A stretch of DNA of 64,000 bases, taken from assembly GCA_964016885.1 (NCBI GenBank), contig OZ024762.1:19902001-19966000 (forward strand), written 5' to 3'. The translations under genes were made by a program, and so were the position numbers. The notes under the pieces were generated by a model. That model was not told the DNA's origin, did no database searches, and was given only the letters and a program-made list of their open reading frames with translations. This DNA comes from Eledone cirrhosa. Lineage: Eukaryota. Shown here piece by piece: positions 12,560 to 26,929 of this stretch; the first letter of the stretch is position 1; every line of letters begins with the position of its first letter.

Positions 12560-13255
12560 TTGGGATTGGCAGTATCGGTGGAGGGTCGGACGCCATGCTT
12601 TCCAGCATAGTTACGTCCCTTTACGATCTGAGTTCAAATCCCGCCGAGGTTGACTTTGCCTTTCATCCTTACGGGGTCGATAAAATAAAGTACCAGTAAT
12701 GCATTGGGTAATTGCTGGCCTTGTGCCTAAAGTATAAACAATTATTAGTTAACTTTGCCTTTCATCCTTCCGGGGTCAATAAAATAAAGTACCAGTAATG
12801 CACTGGGATCAATTTAATCAACTTTCCCCGCCACCAAATTTGCTGGCCTTGTGCCTAAATCAGAAACCATTATCGGTAGAGCATTGGACGTCATGCTCTG
12901 CAGCATAGAGTTACGGCCCTTTGCGGTCTGAGTTCAAATCCCGCCAAGGTTAGCTTTGCCTTTCATCCTTACGGGGTCGATAAAATAAAGTACCAGTAAT
13001 GTACTGAGTGATTGCTGGCCTTGTGCCTAAAGTAGAAACAATTATTATTATTAGGGCGGTGGATTGGCAGAATCGGTAGAGCACCGGACACCCTGCTATG
13101 CGGCATAGAGTTACGGCCCACCGAGGCTAGCTTGTGTTTCCGTCCTTAGGGGGGGTGTCTATAAAATAAAGTACCAGTAATGTACTGCGGTCGACAATCG
13201 ATTTTCCTTTTGCCACAAAATCGTTGGCCTTGTGTCAAACATTGAAACAATTATT
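12560..13255 (+). mobile_element. Head-to-tail array of four SINE-A copies
   Basis: Copies at about 12560-12745, 12748-12870, 12873-13042 and 13053-13252, separated by ATT repeats. Confidence 0.9.
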
Positions 13256-13257
13256 AG

Positions 13258-13261
13258 TATA

Positions 13262-13307
<46 letters not shown>

Positions 13308-14530
13308 CACTACTACCACAACTACTACTACCACTACTACTACTAACACTACTACAACTACTAAAACCACCACCACTGCTACTGTTACTACAACTACTAC
13401 TACAACTACCACTACTACCACTACCACTACTACTACTACTACTACCACAACTACTACTACAACTACTACTACTACTACCACAACTACTACTACAACTACT
13501 ACTACTACAACTACCACAACTACTACTACAACTACCACCACAACTGCCACTGCTACTACTACCACAACTGCCACTACTACTACTACTACTACTACCACCA
13601 CTACTACTATCACCACCACTACTACTACTACCACTACAACTACCACAACTACTACTACTACTACAACTACCACAACTACTACTACAACTACCACCACAAC
13701 TGCCACTACTACTACTACCACAACCACAACTGCCACTACTACTACCACTACCACCACTACTACTACTACTACTACAATTACCACTACAACTACTACTACT
13801 ATTACCACAACTACTACTTCAACTACAACCACCACTACTACCACAACCACTACCACTACAACTACTACTACTACTACTACCACAACTACTCCCACTACTA
13901 CTACTCCCACAACTGCCACTACTACTACTTCCACTACTACTATAACTACTACAACTACCACTACAACTACCACTACTACTGCTAGTACTACAATTACCAC
14001 TACAACTACTACTACAACTACCACAACTACTACTTCAACTACAACCACCACTACTACCACAACCACTACCACTACAACTACTACAACTACTACTACTACC
14101 ACAACTACTACTACTACTACTACAATTACCACTACAACTACTACTACTATTACCACAACTACTACTTCAACTACAACCACCACTACTACCACAACCACTA
14201 CCACTACAACTACTACTACTACTACCACAACTACTCCCACTACTACTACTCCCACAACTGCCACTACTACTACTTCCACTACTACTATAACTACTACAAC
14301 TACCACTACTACTGCTAGTACTACAATTACCACTACAACTACTACTACAACTACCACAACTACTACTTCAACTACAACCACCACTACTACCACAACCACT
14401 ACCACTACAACTACTACTACTACAACAACAACAACCACTACTACTACCACCACAACTGCCACTACTACTACTATAACTACTACCACTACAACTACTACTA
14501 CTACAACAACAACAACAACCACTACCACTA
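13258..14530. repeat. (ACT/ACC/ACA)n trinucleotide array
   Basis: Directly visible; source of the poly-V and poly-L ORFs. Confidence 0.95.
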
Positions 14531-14621
14531 TTGTTATTGCTATTATCGTTAATGTTAATATTTCATAATATATGAAAGCTAGAGGTTATGGGGAGTAATG
14601 TGTTATGAGAGCAACTTTTGT

Positions 14622-15165
14622 AACCACACACACGCACACACACACACACATGCACACCCACATGCACATGCACATGCACACGCACATACACACATACACA
14701 CACACACACGCACATACACACACACATGCACACGCACATACACGCACACACACACACATACACACATACACACACACATGCACACGCACATACACACACA
14801 CGCACACACACATACACACACGCGCACACACACACATACACACACACATGCACATACACACACACATGCACACGCACATACACACACACACACATACACA
14901 TACACACACACATGCACACGCACATACACACACACATACACACACACATACACATACACACACACATGCACATACACACGCACATGCACACGCACATACA
15001 CACACACACACACATATACACATACACACACATGCACACCCACATACACATACACACACACATACACACACACATGCACACACACGCACACATGCACATA
15101 CACACATGCACATACACACATACACACACACACATACACACACTTGCACACACACACACCACACC
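14622..15165. repeat. (CA)-based microsatellite
   Basis: Directly visible. Confidence 0.95.
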
Positions 15166-15258
15166 ATTTATTTCCACCACCACCACCACCTGTCTGGAAT
15201 GAAGTCCAACCATTGTTTTATTTATTTATTTATTTATTATTACCATTATTATTATCAT

Positions 15259-15291
<33 letters not shown>

Positions 15292-16432
15292 CATTATTGT
15301 TCTCATTGTTGTTGTTGTTATTATCATTATTATTATCATAAGTAGTAGTAGTAGTAGTAGTAGTAGCATCATTGTTCTCATTGTTGTTGTTATTACCATT
15401 ATTATTATCATCGTGATTGTTATTATTATTCATTTTTCTTTTTTTTTTTTCCTTCTTCTTCTAATTATCAATATTTCCTAATTTCAACATGTCGTTCGTT
15501 ATCGTTAGTCTACGACAATCCATCCCTGAAACAGGTGGTTTACCATGTATCATTAGCATAAAGGAATTATGGAAATTACTATTTTGCGGATTTTATGGAA
15601 TTTTAATAATATTTCCGAAATATTTTTTTGTTGATTTACTTATTTATTTATTTGTTTGTTTGTTTATTCATTTATTTATTTATTTATATATTTATATATT
15701 TTTTTATTTTGCATTTTCTCATTTTCTGACTTATAATTTTATTCGAAATCTAAATATTTTCGCACTCAACTCTTTTGTTGCCATATTTGTAATATCTCCT
15801 AGCATCCTGTATCACGTGGCATTACATTGGCAAGACATTCTATTGATTCTACGGATCTACTGCTTTTTCTAATGATTTCTAACATTTGCACATGGCCACA
15901 TGGCTACATGACCAGCAATTTTAGTGGAGAGGAAAGTTGTTTATATAGACCACAGTACTTAATTGGTATCCGCGGCAAATTAGCAGAGTCGTTAGAACAT
16001 CAGATAGAATGCTTTATGGTATTTGTTCCAGCTCTCTGCTTTATGAGTTCAAATCCCGCCGAGGTCAACTTTGCCTTTCATCCTTTCGAGGTTGATTCAA
16101 AAAGTACCAGTCAAGTACTGGGGTCGATTCTTCCTCTATGTCTCTTTCTCATTTCCTCTCTCTCACTTTTTATCTTTCTCTGGAAGAAATCTGCTGTACT
16201 TAGGCCTGGAGAGGGATGGGCTCTGTCAGGTTTAAAATCCCCAAGAAGCACTGTCTGTCAATACAGCACCCCTATGACTCTATCAGAAATTACAGGACCA
16301 TACCATACTCAATTAGTACTTTGCTTTATCAACACTAGAAGAATGTAGAAAGCTGTAACTAAACTTCCATAAATCATTTTGCTCAATGCTCCGTCAAGAA
16401 TAGTAATCTACTGCCCCTACACCAGCTTAATA

Positions 16433-16612
16433 ATTGTTTCTACTATTGGCACAAGGCCAGCAATTACTCAGTACATTACTGGTACTTTATTTTATCGACC
16501 CCGTAAGGATGAAACGCAAAGTTAACCTCAACGGCATTTGAACTCAGACCCTAAAGGGATGTAACTATGCTGGAAAGCATGGCGTCCAACCCTCCACGGA
16601 TATTGCCAATTC
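16433..16612 (-). mobile_element. SINE-A copy
   Basis: Full consensus in antisense orientation. Confidence 0.9.
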
Positions 16613-17084
16613 ATCTTCCTTAATATAATGACATTATAAACATTTGAAATAACAAACCACATGAAACTACATTAACAAGACAATCTTGAAAAGTACAAAA
16701 CTTCTTTACATTAAAAATTGAAGTTTTTAGTTTACTGTGATTTTCCACAAAGATCTGTCTTCTAGCAAATATGCTATAAACATTTGAATTAACAAACCAC
16801 ATTAACAAGAAAAAAAGACAAAACAACTATGAATGCTTCACATTAAAAGTTAAAGTCTTTACTTTAGTTGACTGCAAATTTCCGCAACAATGTGTCCACT
16901 AGTCAAGATACAATGTGAAAAGGAAATATAATGGTGAAAGAAAGTATGAATGACAAAATAATACAAAAGGATTTTTTCCCTATATTTCATAATATTTCGA
17001 GGTTAAGAACTCTTTATCAATTGAAGAAAAAAATCATAGTCTTGTTCTTATGAGCTTTCTTTTGTTATGTTGTTAACTTGGTAG

Positions 17085-18066
17085 TGGAAGTAGACCAATG
17101 TCTGGTTCTTAGGTACTCTCCTTTGTAAGAAGTAGACCAATGTCTGGTTCTTAGGTACTCTCCTTTGTAAGAAGTAGACCAATGTCTAGTTCTTAGGTAC
17201 TCTCCTTTGTAAGAAGTAGACCAATGCCTGGTTCTTAGGTACTCTCCTTTGTAAGAAGTAGACCAATGCCTGGTTCTTAGGTACTCTCCTTTGTAAGAAA
17301 TAGACCAATGTCTGGTTCTTAGGTACTCTCCTTTGTAAGAAGTAGACCAATGTCTGGTTCTTAGGTACTCTCCTTTGTAAGAAATAGACCAATGTCTGGT
17401 TCTTAGGTACTCTCCTTTGTAAGAAGTAGACCAATGCCTGGTTCTTAGGTACTCTCCTTTGTAAGAAGTAGACCAATGCCTGGTTCTTAGGTACTCTCCT
17501 TTGTAAGAAGTAGACCAATGTCTGGTTCTTAGGTACTCTCCTTTGTAAGAAGTAGACCAATGTCTAGTTCTTAGGTACTCTCCTTTGTAAGAAATAGACC
17601 AATGTCTGGTTCTTAGGTACTCTCCTTTGTAAGAAGTAGACCAATGTCTGGTTCTTAGGTACTCTCCTTTGTAAGAAGTAGACCAATGCCTGGTTCTTAG
17701 GTACTCTCCTTTGTAAGAAGTAGACCAATGCCTGCTTCTTAGGTACTCTCCTTTGTAAGAAGTAGACCAATGCCTGCTTCTTAGGTACTCTCCTTTGTAA
17801 GAAGTAGACCAATGCCTGCTTCTTAGGTACTCTCCTTTGTAAGAAGTAGACCAATGCCTGCTTCTTAGGTACTCTCTTTTGTAAGAAGTAGACCAATGTC
17901 TGGTTCTTAGGTACTCTCCTTTGTAAGAAGTAGACCAATGCCTGCTTCTTAGGTACTCTCCTTTGTAAGAAGTAGACCAATGCCTGCTTCTTAGGTACTC
18001 TCCTTTGTAAGAAGTAGACCAATGCCTGCTTCTTAGGTACTCTCCTTTGTAAGAAGTAGACCAATG
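17085..18066. repeat. 39-bp minisatellite (about 25 copies)
   Basis: Unit GAAGTAGACCAATG(T/C)CTG(G/C)TTCTTAGGTACTCTCCTTTGTAA. Confidence 0.97.
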
Positions 18067-18570
18067 GAAAGGTGCCATGTGCACACTGGTTACAGTAAGC
18101 AGCCAACTCCATATGATTCTAACGTTAACATTAGGTTTATATCTGTTGATAAGAATGACTTTTTTTATGTATAAATTATCAATATTCCATTCAGAGGACT
18201 CTGGGCGTGTCATTGTTGGAGATGATTTTTGATTAAAAGCAAAATCTACAAAAATGCCCCACCCAAGATATGCAGGGTACGTAAAACATTTAGAGAAAGC
18301 ATGATACATACCAAGTCCTACATGATTGTGAGTGACAGCTGGTGTAGTTTTAGTACAATATCATCTCTCTCTCTCTCTCTCTCTCCTTTCTCTCTCTTCT
18401 CTCTCTCTCTCCTTTCTCTCTCTTCTCTCTCTCTTCTTTCTCTCTCTTCTCTCTCTCTCTTCTCTCTCTCTCTTCTCTCTCTCTCTTCTCTCTCTCTCTC
18501 TTCTATCTCTCTCTCTCTCTCTCCTTTCTCTCTCTTCTATCTCTCTCTCTCTCTCTCTCTTCTATCTCTT

Positions 18571-18615
<45 letters not shown>

Positions 18616-18691
18616 TCTTTCTCTCTCTTCTATCTCTTTCTCTCTCTCTCTCTCTTCTATCTCTTTCTCTCTCTCTCTTCTATCTCTTTCC

Positions 18692-18747
<56 letters not shown>

Positions 18748-18764
18748 ATATATATATTTATTTA

Positions 18765-18820
<56 letters not shown>

Positions 18821-18955
18821 GTGTCTCATATGTTAGATTCCGATAGTTTAGTGAATCTTTGTTTAGCAGTTATAGCATGTTACCAATGAGTTATTGATTT
18901 GTGTGGTGTGTACTGTGTACTGTACAGTGTGTGACATATGGTGTGTACTGTGTAG

Positions 18956-18986
<31 letters not shown>

Positions 18987-19362
18987 ACTAGAAATTGATT
19001 AACATATAAATAAACATGAATAATCACAGGAGATAATTTTTACAATGCGAGTGATATGGTGCATGTCTTTCTGTCATGACACCCATAATTTTGATTTAGA
19101 TTAAATTCATTTTGATTTATCTTTATTTTGGATACATATATAGGAACGATCGACTTTCGTCAAATCGGACCGAGGGAACAATGTTTCCATTGGTCTTTCC
19201 AATTGCTAATACTATCTATCGGTCGCAACTCCAGGTAGAAGGAGCAATGTGAAATAAAGTGTCTTGCTCAAGGACATAACGCATCACCCGGTCCAGGAAT
19301 CGAACTCACAACCTTACGATTGCAAATCCAATTCTCTAACCACTCAGCCACACGCCTTCACT

Positions 19363-20140
<778 letters not shown>

Positions 20141-21201
20141 TATATATATATATATATATATGCAGTTATTAATAAGAATAGTTGAAAATTAATGCATGCA
20201 AGATTTCACAGCTCTAGCATCACTCCTTCATAGTCGGCCTATGAACTTTTCAGCCCACTTTTGTAACCTCTCTGTGTTAGAAGTGTGGCATTCGTCAGCT
20301 AGCTCAACATAACTGTATTATGGTCGGCCAAAGGCCAACACTTACCACTTGGCAGTATTTTATTAAGCAGCACTTTTACACATTTCTCTAGCTCGGAAAC
20401 TCATTGTTATTAATTAGAGCGACTTTTTCTGTCGCTAAAACATTGCAGGAATTTGTTCTGTGTTTTCAATGCTTCTTCTCTCCACTGTCTTTGTTGTTAT
20501 AAATATTTATCTTCCATTAAACACAGAAATTGTTTGAGTGTTATTGTAACTGCACTGATATTTTGCCGCAGCAAAGCAAGCAAGAAGCATTTTAAATAAG
20601 ATTAACTGAATCAATGGAACTTATAAGTGTTTACAAATAGAATATCTGATGTTGCCTTTCTTTAGTCTGTGACTGTTATGAAGATTTACAATCTGAGGTC
20701 ATTTATCTTGATTTTCCAACATGGCTCCAATATTTCTCTCACAGCCATTGACATTTTCACCCTATATTTATTTATTTATACATTTATATATATCTTTTTC
20801 TTTCTTAATTTATACATTTATATATTTATTTGTTTGTCCATTTATACATTTATATATTTATTTGTTTTGCTTTATATATTTATATATTTATTTGTTTGTC
20901 TATTTGTTTATTCTATTTCGAGGAGAGGGTAGTGGAGATGGGGGGGGGGGTATTTTTCCGTTGAATAATTTTATGCCTTAATCTTCAATTTACCTTCATT
21001 CGTGTTACTCCAGTTGTGTTGATATCAATTTCCATATATATGTGTATATATATGCATATGCGCATTTATGTATTTACGTATGCATATATATATACATATA
21101 TATATACACACATAATATACATATATTTATGTACACATATATATACATGCTAGCATGGAAGATGGACGTTAAATGATGATGATATATATATATATACGAA
21201 A

Positions 21202-21271
<70 letters not shown>

Positions 21272-21494
21272 TCATCATCGTTTAACGTCCATCTTCCATG
21301 CTAGCATGTATATATATATATATATATGTGTGTGTACATAAATATATGTATATTATGTGTGATGATGATGATATATATATATATATATATGTGTGTACAT
21401 AAATATATGTATATTATGTGTGATGATGATGATGATATATATATATATATATATATGTGTGTGTACATAAATATATGTATATTATGTGTGATGA

Positions 21495-21548
<54 letters not shown>

Positions 21549-21576
21549 ATGTGTATCTGTATGCATATATATTTAT

Positions 21577-21645
<69 letters not shown>

Positions 21646-22049
21646 CACATACTCATTCTCAGGTTTCATTGTCAAAGGATTTCTTTCTGTAAAGTCTCAT
21701 TTTACAGGTGTAACACATTGCCATAAGGAAACACTTCATCATACCTCTATTTCTCTCTCTCAAAGCATCACTCCATCTTGTTGTTGCTGTTGCTATTATT
21801 GTTATATTTAAATCTCACATAGACTGCCACATCACATTGACAGCTTGTATCCAAATTTTGACTGAGGACAAACAGGAATAGATTGCACAAAATCTCATCT
21901 ACGTGGAAAATATTGACACCAAAATATAATTTGCCCCAAGATAAATTGGCATTATTTATAACGCAATATAGAGCTTTGTTATTCTATTATTTTCCATGTT
22001 TGGGAACAGGCGTACTTAATGGAAGTCTTTCATCCATCTATCTATATAT

Positions 22050-22825
22050 CCAGCCAATTACCCATCCATCCAGCCAGCCAGCCAGACAACTACCCAGCCA
22101 GCCAGCCAGCCAGCCAATTACCCAGCCAGCCAGCTACCCATCCATCCAACCAGCCAGCCAGCCAACTACCCATCCACCCAACCAGCCAGCCAGCCAAATA
22201 CCCAGCCAGTTACCCATCCAGCGACCCAGCCAGCCAACCATCCAGCCACCCAGCCAGCCAACTACCCATCCATCCATCCAGCCAGCCAGCCAGCCAACTA
22301 CCCAACCATCCATCCATCCAGCCAGCCAACTACCCAACCATCCAGCTAGCCAGCCAACTACCCAACCATCCAGCCAGCCAACTACCCAACCATCCATCCA
22401 GCCAGCCAGCCAGCCAGCCAGCCAACTATCCATCCAGCCAGCCAGCCAGCCAACTATCCATCCAGCCAGCCAGCCAGCCAACTAACCATCCAGCCAACTA
22501 CCCATCCAGCCAGCAAACTACCCACCCACCCATCCAGCCAGCCAGCCAATTACCTAGCCAGCCAGCCAGCCAGCCAAATACCCATCCAGCCAGCCAATTA
22601 CCCAGCCAGCCAACCAACCAGCCAGCCAGCCAGCCAACTACCCAACCAGCCAGCCAGCCAGCCAACTACCCAACCAGCCAGCCAGCCAGCCAGCCAATTA
22701 TCCAACCAGCCAGCCATCCAGCCAGCCATCCAATTATCCAGCCAGCCAACCAACCAGCCAGCCAGCCAGCCAACTACCCATCCAGCCAGCCAGCCAGCCA
22801 ACTACCCAACCAGCCAGCCAGCTAG
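22050..22825. repeat. (CCAG)/(CCAT)/(CCAA) tetranucleotide array
   Basis: Directly visible. Confidence 0.95.
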
Positions 22826-22968
22826 TCATCCATCTATCTCACCCACCGCCATCAAATCAACAGATATGATCATAAATACACATTTGTTTTGGTGTGGTTT
22901 TTTTTAGTGTTTTTTTTGTTTTGTTATTGTTTGTTATCTCTGGTTGTGGCTGTCATTGTTGGATCTCT

Positions 22969-25375
22969 TTGGACAACAATAAGTGTCTGGGTGCTTTGAG
23001 CAATGGAACAGCCTGGCTTAGGAAGTTAACATACAAAGTATCTTACCCAAGGACACAATACTCTACTGGGAATTTGGACAACAATAAGTGTCTGGGTTCT
23101 TTGAGCAACGGAACAGCCTGGCTTAGGAAGTTAACATAAAAAGTATCTTGCCCAAGGACACACTATGTTACTGGGAATTTGGACAACAATAAATGTCTGG
23201 GTTCTTTGAGCAACGGAACAGCCTGGTTTAGGAAGTTAACATAAAAAGTATCTTACCCAAGGACACAATACTCTACTGGGAATTTGGACAACAATAAGTG
23301 TTTGGGTTCTCTGAGCAATGGAACAGCCTGGCTTAGGAAGTTAACATACAAAGTATCTTACCCAAGGACACACTATGTTACTGGGAATTTGGACAACAAT
23401 AAATGTCTGGGTTCTTTGAGCAACGGAACAGCCTGGCTTAGGAAGTTAACATAAAAAGTATCTTACCCAAGGACACAATACTCTACTGGGAATTTGGACA
23501 ACAATAAGTGTTTGGGTTCTCTGAGCAATGGAACAGCCTGGCTTAGGAAGTTAACATACAAAGTATCTTACCCAAGGACACAATACTCTACTGGGAATTT
23601 GGACAACAATAAGTGTTTGGGTTCTCTGAGCAATGGAACAGCCTGGCTTAGGAAGTTAACATACAAAGTATCTTACCCAAGGACACACTATGTTACTGGG
23701 AATTTGGACAACAATAAATGTCTGGGTTCTTTGAGCAACGGAACAGCCTGGTTTAGGAAGTTAACATACAAAGTATCTTACCCAAGGACACAATACTCTA
23801 CTGGGAATTTGGACAACAATAAGTGTTTGGGTTCTCTGAGCAATGGAACAGCCTGGCTTAGGAAGTTAACATACAAAGTATCTTACCCAAGGACACAATA
23901 CTCTACTGGGAATTTGGACAACAATAAGTGTTTGGGTTCTCTGAGCAATGGAACAGCCTGGCTTAGGAAGTTAACATACAAAGTATCTTACCCAAGGACA
24001 CACTATGTTACTGGGAATTTGGACAACAATAAATGTCTGGGTTCTTTGAGCAACGGAACAGCCTGGTTTAGGAAGTTAACATAAAAAGTATCTTACCCAA
24101 GGACACAATACTCTACTGGGAATTTGGACAACAATAAGTGTTTGGGTTCTCTGAGCAATGGAACAGCCTGGCTTAGGAAGTTAACATACAAAGTATCTTA
24201 CCCAAGGACACACTATGTTACTGGGAATTTGGACAACAATAAATGTTTGGGTTCTCTGAGCAACGGAACAGCCTGGCTTAGGAAGTTAACATAAAAAGTA
24301 TCTTGCCCAAGGACACACTATGTTACTGGGAATTTGGACAACAATAAGTGTCTGGGTTCTTTGAGCAACGGAACAGCCTGGCTTAGGAAGTTAACATACA
24401 AAGTATCTTACCCAAGGACACAATACTCTACTGGGAATTTGGACAACAATAAGTGTTTGGGTTCTCTGAGCAATGGAACAGCCTGGCTTAGGAAGTTAAC
24501 ATACAAAGTATCTTACCCAAGGACACACTATGTTACTGGGAATTTGGACAACAATAAGTGTTTGGGTTCTTTGAGCAACGGAACAGCCTGGTTTAGGAAG
24601 TTAACATAAAAAGTATCTTGCCCAAGGACACACTATGTTACTGGGAATTTGGACAACAATAAGTGTTTGGGTTCTCTGAGCAATGGAACAGCCTGGCTTA
24701 GGAAGTTAACATACAAAGTATCTTACCCAAGGACACACTATGTTACTGGGAATTTGGACAACAATAAGTGTCTGGGTTCTTTGAGCAATGGAACAGCCTG
24801 GCTTAGGAAGTTAACATACAAAGTATCTTACCCAAGGACACACTATGTTACTGGGAATTTGGACAACAATAAGTGTCTGGGTTCTTTGAGCAACGGAACA
24901 GCCTGGCTTAGGAAGTTAACATACAAAGTATCTTACCCAAGGACACACTATGTTACTGGGAATTTGGACAACAATAAGTGTCTGGGTTCTTTGAGCAATG
25001 GAACAGCCTGGCTTAGGAAGTTAACATACAAAGTATCTTACCCAAGGACACACTATGTTACTGGGAATTTGGACAACAATAAGTGTTTGGGTTCTCTGAG
25101 CAATGGAACAGCCTGGCTTAGGAAGTTAACATACAAAGTATCTTGCCCAAAGACACAATACTCTACTGGGAATTTGGACAACAATAAGTGTTTGGGTTCT
25201 CTGAGCAACGGAACAGCCTGGCTTAGGAAGTTAACATAAAAATGATCTTACCCAAGGGCACAATACACTACTGGGAATGTGGACAACGGTAAGTGTTTGG
25301 GTTCTTTGAGCAACGGAACAGCCTTGTTTAGGAAGTTAACAAAGTATCTTGCCCAAGAACACAATTTGCTACTGG
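22969..25375. repeat. 105-bp satellite (about 23 copies) containing an antisense SINE CORE-like fragment
   Basis: Period of 105. The unit includes AAAGTATCTT(G/A)CCCAAGGACAC and the array runs into an antisense SINE head at about 25340-25410. Confidence 0.95.
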
Positions 25376-26009
25376 GGTCAAGCTCACAACCTTATGATTG
25401 TAAGCCAAACATTGCTTAGAAAAACACACGAAATGAAGCTGATAGGTTTTATATGAGAAAATAAATTATGATGTTAGTTTTTTTTTTTAGGGAGGGGGGT
25501 AGTTTTTTTTCTATCATCAACAGTTTTGGAAATTAGAAATGGATTCCTGAGGAAATTGGTTCTTCTGTTTGTAAAGAAAAGCTTGTGAACTCTATTAAAA
25601 CATGTTCAGTTTTCCTTTGTTAAACTTACAATCAGTAAATCGGTGAAGTTTTGAGTGTTTATACTCTCTTCTTCTCTCTCTACCTCTGTGTCTCTGTCTC
25701 TCTCTGTCTCTCTCTCTATACATATATATATGTCTCTCTTTGTCTCTGTCTCTCATTCTGCCTATATGTCTCTCTCTGCCTATGTATGTGTCTCTCTCAT
25801 TAATTTAAATTTCTCTCTCCCTCTCTCTGCTTCTCTCTCTCCCTCTTTCTTTCCCTTTCTCTGTAAATTTGTCTGTGACTCTCTCTCGTGTGTGTGGGTG
25901 GGTGTGCTATTCTTTTTATCTGTCTTCCTCTCTTTATCTGCCTGTCTGTTTTTATCTTGCATATGTGTGTGTGTGTGTATAAATATATATATATATATAT
26001 ATATAATAT

Positions 26010-26240
26010 GTAGTTTAGAAAGCCACAACAATGCAGATGGGAAATCTCGAGGTAGGAAGTGAGTGAGAAATAGGAGAAAAGTGAAAATTGAGAGAAACGA
26101 AAATGAAAACAAAACAAAGGTAGAAGGGTTACCGTAGTGGAGACTTAATCCCAATATTTCGGGCTTACGCCCATCAACGGGGGAAAGTTCCAAAAGGGGG
26201 GGAACAGTCTAAGCCGGAGAAAGTTGTATTGTCGTTAAAA
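26010..26240 (-). mobile_element. (TA)n-associated dispersed repeat, probably a Penelope-like pLTR; second copy at 44405-44645 (+)
   Basis: The two ~230 bp copies are reverse complements of each other and carry a hammerhead-like fold. Confidence 0.65.
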
Positions 26241-26351
26241 CATAGGAATGCCTATATATTTTACACATTTCACAATGCTTCAAGCAAACTTTAACACCCT
26301 CATATATATATATGTGTGTATGTGTGTGTATATAAATATATATTATATATA

Positions 26352-26385
<34 letters not shown>

Positions 26386-26489
26386 CATTTGTAAAACCAT
26401 GCATGTTATGAAATCCTGTGTTGAAACAGATATTGTTATATTTGGAGATGGTTATGTTGCTAAGATTGCAAATAAAAACACCCTTAGTA

Positions 26490-26790
26490 AAGGTGCATGG
26501 CTTAGTGGTTAGAGCATCGGGGTTATAATCGAGAGGTTGTGAGTTCAATTCTCGGACCAGGCTTTGCGTTGTGTTCTTGAGCAAGACACTTTATTTCACG
26601 TTGCTCCAGTTTTTTTACTCAGCTGTAGAAATGAGTTGCTATGTCACTGTGGTCAAGCTGTATCAGCCATAGCCTTTCCCTTGGACATCATCGGTGGTGT
26701 AGAGAGGGGAGACTGGCATGTACCGGTGGCTGCTGGTCTTCCACAAACTACCTTGGTGCAAATCCCATGGTCAGTGAAAGCATGGTACAT
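26490..26790 (+). mobile_element. Older SINE sharing the SINE-B tRNA/CORE head but with a different 3' half
   Basis: The head matches SINE-B up to CAGCTGTAGAAATGAG, then the sequence diverges. Confidence 0.75.
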
Positions 26791-26929
26791 CCTACCAAGT
26801 TATACTCTATTATAAGTGGTGGCTGTGGTTTGTATTTGTACTGGGTCACTTCAGTCTGAGTTCAAATCTGTTCAGAGCTTATAAAGTACCAGGGCTGTAC
26901 TGGGGTAGCCCTCTCACTTTCCTTCTAAC

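Noticed and set aside
13232-14528. Poly-Val, poly-Leu or Thr-rich mucin-like ORFs
   Set aside because: Pure trinucleotide slippage array with no unique coding flanks or splice support.
20225-20262. Mariner-like terminal repeat
   Set aside because: Only one short end is visible, with no partner TIR or transposase.
22894-25239. 35-aa repeat protein LDNNKCLGSLSNGTAWLRKLT...
   Set aside because: The TAC/TAA variant introduces stops in many units, and part of the unit is antisense SINE.
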